A stretch of 64,000 nt of DNA from Andalucia godoyi And28. Taxonomy: Eukaryota > Protista > Jakobida. Under the pieces are notes generated by a model. That model had not been told where the DNA came from, did not search any database, and saw only the letters and a list, made by a program, of their open reading frames with translations. Below, in pieces: positions 60,867 through 64,000 of the stretch (its first letter is position 1; the number at the start of each line of letters is the position of its first letter). Both the position numbers and the translations under genes were made by a program. The stretch covers positions 1-64,000 of the forward strand of contig VRVR01000020.1 of the NCBI GenBank assembly GCA_009859145.1, given 5' to 3'.

Positions 60867-61395
60867 CGATTGGACGTGTCACCGTCGTCAGAAGACAGGC
60901 GCACACACACCGGCTCACGGCTCTTCGGCCGCTTTGCTCCCCATTTGCCTCCTTCTGACCCCGATAGCCCCCGGTCGCAGCAGATAATATTGAGTCCGGT
61001 AATGTCTTCCTCCTAGAAGCTCTGCTCGTGCAGCCTACCGAAACCAATGCTGCTTCCGTGCAGCGACGCTTCAAAAAACTCGCGGCATTGAAGGTTGCTG
61101 ACGACCTCCTCGTCCCAAGCTTTGTCGTTTGCATCATGCAAACCGGGTCCCCGACAGTTTTCAATCACTTCACAACAACAGCACGACACAAACAAGACTG
61201 ATCGTGTGTTTGATTTCTCTTATTCCGTTTTATTTTATTTATTTTATTTAATTTCAATTTATTGCTGTTTAGATTTCCCATTCTTCCATCGAAGTTCGTC
61301 TGTTTGGAAAACGGATAAAAAGGGAAATTGCAAAAGGCTTTGGTTTTTGTGTTCTTCTGGTTCTTGAGGGCTTCGCCAAAAGTGTGGTTTGGAGG

Positions 61396-62850
61396 ATGGT
61401 AATACACCGTATTGCTCGTTGGAACACGCTGGTTTGTGTGTTGGCAGCTTTCCTGCTCGCTCTGGGAACCACCCGCAACACTGGGGTTGCGCGCGCGGAT
61501 GCACCGCCGCCCTACTCTCCCCTCACTGTCTATTGCCGATGCTACGTAACACTGCTTCAAAAGATCGATGGGGTGGAGTCCACGTTTTTTTCTGATTTCT
61601 ACTTGCAAGTTTTCTGGAATGACCCCACAATTGACAATGTTACCCTCGCATACGACTCGGCGACAATGTTCAACCCGACTCTGGAAATGATTAATGTCGT
61701 GGGCACTCCGGAACAAACCATCGAGAGTCCGTACCAAGTACATGCATCAGCACCGACAAGCTTCATGGGTATCGGGAATCTGAGCACGGTAGGTCCATGG
61801 GTCCAAGCCGATTTCCGCTACAAAGGAGACTTCCTTGTGGATATGAATCTTCGTGCTTTTCCGTTTGATTCACAAACTGTCTTTATCATGGTCGAATCGG
61901 CGTTGTGGCCCGTGGACCAGGTCGTGTTCTCGATTCTTCCTGCCAACTTGCCTCCCAAGGGCATCTTGAAATCTGGATTTTCTGTGCAAGGATGGACGAT
62001 AGCTGGGGATCTTGCTTCCTTGTCGGTTGTCGACTACGAACTGTTCCAGTCTGCGTATTCGCGAATGACGTTTTCCATCAAGGTGGATCGTGATCCACAG
62101 TACTACCTGTCCAAGTTCGTGTTGGGAGTCGTTGTGCTTGTGATGATGTCGATCTTATGCTTTGCACTCGAAGTGGACGAAGCAGACCGAATGATGGGAA
62201 CCTTGACCGTGTTCCTTGCCATCATTTCATACATGTTTATCGCGTCGCAAGACTTGCCGAAGGTTGCCTACCAGACTCGCATCGACTCCTTCATGACCCT
62301 GTCTTTTCTCACCGTGTTTTCCTGCATGTTTGTTCACGCCTGCAACTATCTCCTCTTTTACTACCACGAAAAGCAAGATGAACACGCCGAACTTGACTTG
62401 CAAATTGCAGAGGCAGAAGAAGCACAGGCAGAGGCAGAAGCTGCTGCTGCTTCCGACGATTCAAAGCCAAGCTCAAGATGCTCCGTCAATCTCGCAGATG
62501 TGGATGTTGTGCACCACCACAAGGACACTGGAAAGGAAGATCCAACGTCTCCGCACGATGCGATTCCCAAGGTGTATCCTCCCATATCCTCTATCTGTGC
62601 TGATCCACAAAGCAGGAATTCTACAAATCCTCTTCACGGCCCGGCATTCACGTGTTACTCAAAGGACGAGGAGTATTCAGCTCGGAAACCGTCGGCAGGC
62701 GTTACTGCGCTTGAAACGCTCCGCAAGCTCAAGAAGAGCAAAGCGAAGAAGCTCAAGAGAACTCGATCCGTCGATGCTCTGTCCGTGGTGTTCATCATGC
62801 TTGCTTATGCAATTGCAGCCGCTCTTGTATTAACAGGAGAAGGTCAATAA
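61396..62850 (+). CDS. Pentameric ligand-gated ion channel subunit, Cys-less (Pro-loop) type
   Basis: Signal peptide, DFYLQVFWND, NPTLEMIN, MNLRAFPFDSQT with no flanking Cys pair, GWTI, and four TMs with M2 ADRMMGTLTVFLAI and the M2-M3 loop LPKVAYQTRID. Confidence 0.9.
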   Translation: MVIHRIARWNTLVCVLAAFLLALGTTRNTGVARADAPPPYSPLTVYCRCYVTLLQKIDGVESTFFSDFYLQVFWNDPTIDNVTLAYDSATMFNPTLEMINVVGTPEQTIESPYQVHASAPTSFMGIGNLSTVGPWVQADFRYKGDFLVDMNLRAFPFDSQTVFIMVESALWPVDQVVFSILPANLPPKGILKSGFSVQGWTIAGDLASLSVVDYELFQSAYSRMTFSIKVDRDPQYYLSKFVLGVVVLVMMSILCFALEVDEADRMMGTLTVFLAIISYMFIASQDLPKVAYQTRIDSFMTLSFLTVFSCMFVHACNYLLFYYHEKQDEHAELDLQIAEAEEAQAEAEAAAASDDSKPSSRCSVNLADVDVVHHHKDTGKEDPTSPHDAIPKVYPPISSICADPQSRNSTNPLHGPAFTCYSKDEEYSARKPSAGVTALETLRKLKKSKAKKLKRTRSVDALSVVFIMLAYAIAAALVLTGEGQ

Positions 62851-63014
62851 GCGAGGCTAGCTCATCATCATTTTTGCAGTCTACAGAAATTGTTTTTGTA
62901 TTTTACGTTATAATAAGCAGCGTAACTTCTTAAACCGGTTATTATTATTATCTTTTGTTTTTGGTTCTTGGTTGTGTTCTTGTATTTTACGCGAAGAGAA
63001 GCATATTAAGACAG

Positions 63015-63491
63015 TTAGTCGCTTGTGGATCGATCGATCTCAAACTTTGCAAACTGTCGAGCTGCAACCTGCTGTTCGTTCGTGAACACCGCGCGCTCAA
63101 TCTTTGACTTTGGCGATCCAACAGTTGAAAGCCATTGCTTCATAGCCGCGATGTTCTCTGCAGACCCCTCTGCAACGCCAACTACCGTTCCATCGGGATC
63201 GTTCCGGACCCACCCACTCAATCGAAGCTTCTCAGCCTGTGCATGCGTGTACTTTCGAAAGAACACTCGCTGCCTGTTCTCCCATCCTCACTCAGCACCC
63301 AAACACCACAGAACACAACGGAAAAGAATAGAATAAATGCATCTGTTTGTTAGTTATTCGTGTACATACATATAGATACAGCAGTGGGTCTCCCAGGGGG
63401 CACACAGGCCGTTCTGCTCAAAAAGCCTTCACATAGAATTCTACACATACACTTTTCCAAACACCTGAAAATGAATCTGCACAATTGCCAT
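63015..63491 (-). CDS. ACYP: Acylphosphatase, 2 exons (63451-63491, 63015-63273)
   Basis: GTATGT...CAG intron at 63274-63450 gives MAIVQIHFQVFGKVQRVFFRKYT...GWVRNDPDGTVVGVAEG...WLSTVGSPKSKI; catalytic Arg and Asn present. Confidence 0.92.
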
Positions 63492-63755
63492 TCCTACTCT
63501 TACTATGGAATATCGTGTCCTACTTGTTCATACATCATCTTCTTCTCTTTGGTTTTCCGTGCCTTAGACTGCTCTGCTCTCCAGTGCGTCAGAAGGACGG
63601 ATCGTGATTTGTCATTACAGCGGATTGCGTTTGGTTGCCATCGGAACCCCGGAACAGACGATTGCTGGTGCCTGCCTGGTGGCCTTCATGCTCATCGATG
63701 CCCAGGATCTTCCCGGAAGCATCGACGTGGCATCGGTCACCGTTCCTCTTTCAGC

Positions 63756-63758
<3 letters not shown>

Positions 63759-63814
<56 letters not shown>
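63759..63814. repeat. (CA)n microsatellite
   Basis: About 28 CA units. Confidence 0.98.
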
Positions 63815-63816
<2 letters not shown>

Positions 63817-64000
63817 AAAAAGAAAAGAGATCACCGATTATTCTTGCTAGAACGCACTTTATAGATGCATCGACGCCAGATCGACAAAATGGAGGCAGGA
63901 GCATTGCATTCACCGCATCCCTCAAGGCGCAAATATGAAAGAATGCAGCAGAGATAGTACAGAAAGAAAATGGAACGAGGACGCCCGACAATTGAAAACC

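Noticed and set aside
63540-64000. Coding-like frame TALLSSASEGRIVICHYSGLRLVAIG before the (CA)n tract
   Set aside because: No start codon or upstream exon fits between it and the divergent ACYP ATG, and no family is recognised.

Overview
A gene-dense, intron-poor eukaryotic window with about 33 protein genes and one tRNA in 64 kb. The few introns are short GT-AG introns with GTATGY donors. IFT22 implies a flagellated protist; a jakobid-like compact genome is a guess only. Most genes are housekeeping: CCZ1, TFIIA-gamma, IFT22, BRK1, WDR5-like, TAD3, DDX47, mL53, LSM10-like, COMMD3, CDC123, UFD2, kinesin-6, a P5B ATPase, RWDD2 and acylphosphatase. Three things stand out. (1) A dispersed family of decayed Fanzor/TnpB-type elements occurs at five loci. 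Two copies keep frameshifted zinc-ribbon and RuvC-III coding remnants (VTEECTSKMCGRCG...CPVC...DRD-x-NGARNIYLKN). All five share a conserved downstream non-coding segment ending in AGGCGT, followed by a different flank each time, which is the layout expected for an omegaRNA scaffold plus variable guide. No intact Fanzor ORF is in the window. (2) A complete hAT transposon with TIRs, an 8-bp TSD and an intact transposase sits in a bidirectional promoter. (3) There are two animal-type chemosensory or neural channel candidates: a gustatory-receptor-like 7TM channel and a Cys-less pentameric ligand-gated channel. Several apparent pseudo-enzymes are also present (TAD3 without zinc ligands, a dead RtcA-like protein, a GNAT fused to a dead PARP domain). 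All calls come from reading motifs by eye; no searches were run.
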